This document shows, in pieces, positions 23,354 to 24,000 of a stretch of 24,000 bases of DNA (position 1 is its first letter; every line of letters starts with the position of its first letter). The notes beneath the pieces are model-generated. The model was not told the DNA's origin. It saw only the letters and a program-made list of their open reading frames with translations, and made no database searches. This DNA comes from Ktedonobacteria bacterium brp13 (lineage in GTDB: Bacteria > Chloroflexota > Ktedonobacteria > Ktedonobacterales > Ktedonobacteraceae), in NCBI GenBank assembly GCA_015099395.1, contig AP024096.1, positions 5,721,485 through 5,745,484 of the forward strand. Direction: 5' to 3'. The position numbers were made by a program, and so were the translations under genes.

Positions 23354-23623
23354 GCTTGCGTACAACTGGCAAACGCATGAATTTGATCATAATCCTCTCG
23401 TGGTAGCATAAGCCACTAGGACAACTGTGCGGCAAAAAGCTATGCACTTAATTATCGCATGTACATCTATTCGGTCTATTTAATAGTATGTATAATTGTG
23501 TAGTATACTATTGTGAGTATATCCGCCATTGTGGATATTTTGCAACGCAGTAGAAACTCCTATCCCCGATAGAAAGATACCAGAGGAAAGTCTGAGTTTT
23601 GTAAGCAGGAAGGTCTCCACGAC

Positions 23624-24000
23624 ATGCAAAAAGAATCACTGTATACTCAAGGGGAAACTGCGCTACGGGCAGGGCATTATGAGGATGCCCTTGCGGAATT
23701 CAATCGTATCCTTGCTACTGACGAGAGTAACATAATAGTGCTTGGCTTACGAGGCTTGACGTATTGTTGTCTAAAACGTTATGATGAGGCTTTTGCGGAC
23801 TTTAATCATGCCCTTACTATTGATGCTAATAATGTTCGGATCATTGGATTACGTGGGGAGGCATATCGCCGGATAAAGAAGTATGCTGAAGCGCTTGCGG
23901 ACTTTGATCGTGCTCTTGCTATTAGTCAGAAATTCTGGTGGCTTTATAAAGAGCGAGGTAAAGTTTATGGTCTGATGGGACAGTATGAGGAGTCGCTTGC
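23624..24000 (+). CDS. TPR-repeat protein, 3' end outside window (absent from the ORF track)
   Basis: ATG 23624 has AGGAAGG 10 nt upstream. The frame stays open to the window end (125 codons). There are successive 34-aa TPR units (AGHYEDALAEFNRILATD, LKRYDEAFADFNHALTID, IKKYAEALADFDRALAIS, MGQYEESL). Confidence 0.8.
   Translation, partial: MQKESLYTQGETALRAGHYEDALAEFNRILATDESNIIVLGLRGLTYCCLKRYDEAFADFNHALTIDANNVRIIGLRGEAYRRIKKYAEALADFDRALAISQKFWWLYKERGKVYGLMGQYEESL

Noticed and set aside
23529-23735. 68-aa ORF at the right end
   Set aside because: It is out of frame with and overlaps the clear TPR-repeat ORF that starts at 23624 and runs off the window.

Overview
The window has three parts. 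All functional calls come from reading translated motifs and repeats by eye; no database search was run.

(1) 1-7958 looks like chromosomal backbone with higher GC. It carries two tandem paralogous efflux cassettes, each a DHA2-type MFS pump, a short HlyD-family adaptor and a small membrane-anchored coiled-coil protein. A TetR regulator gene sits between the cassettes. After them come about 0.8 kb with no convincing CDS, a small HTH gene and a tRNA-Arg(CCT).

(2) 7989-22227 is a ~14.2 kb, visibly more AT-rich integrative element bounded by a perfect 51-bp direct repeat made from the 3' part of the tRNA.
- Mobility and replication genes: a tyrosine integrase, an Xis-like HTH, a P4-family primase/helicase, a DUF559-like endonuclease and a divergent HTH switch.
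- It has several dense families of short repeats (iteron-like and arm-site-like).
- It holds an orphan, degenerate CRISPR locus made of two different repeat families fused head to tail, with no cas genes in the window.
- It encodes a pentapeptide-repeat fusion protein.
- It encodes a 1231-aa single-polypeptide fusion of TIR, a PD-ExK-like motif, a gamma-class N6-adenine methyltransferase and a Type ISP-like C-terminal domain, preceded by an XRE controller-like gene. This fusion is my best candidate for an undescribed defence system.

(3) 22228-24000 holds a decayed IS6-family transposase, a ~60-nt scrap of the rpoC 5' end, and the start of a TPR protein that the ORF track misses.
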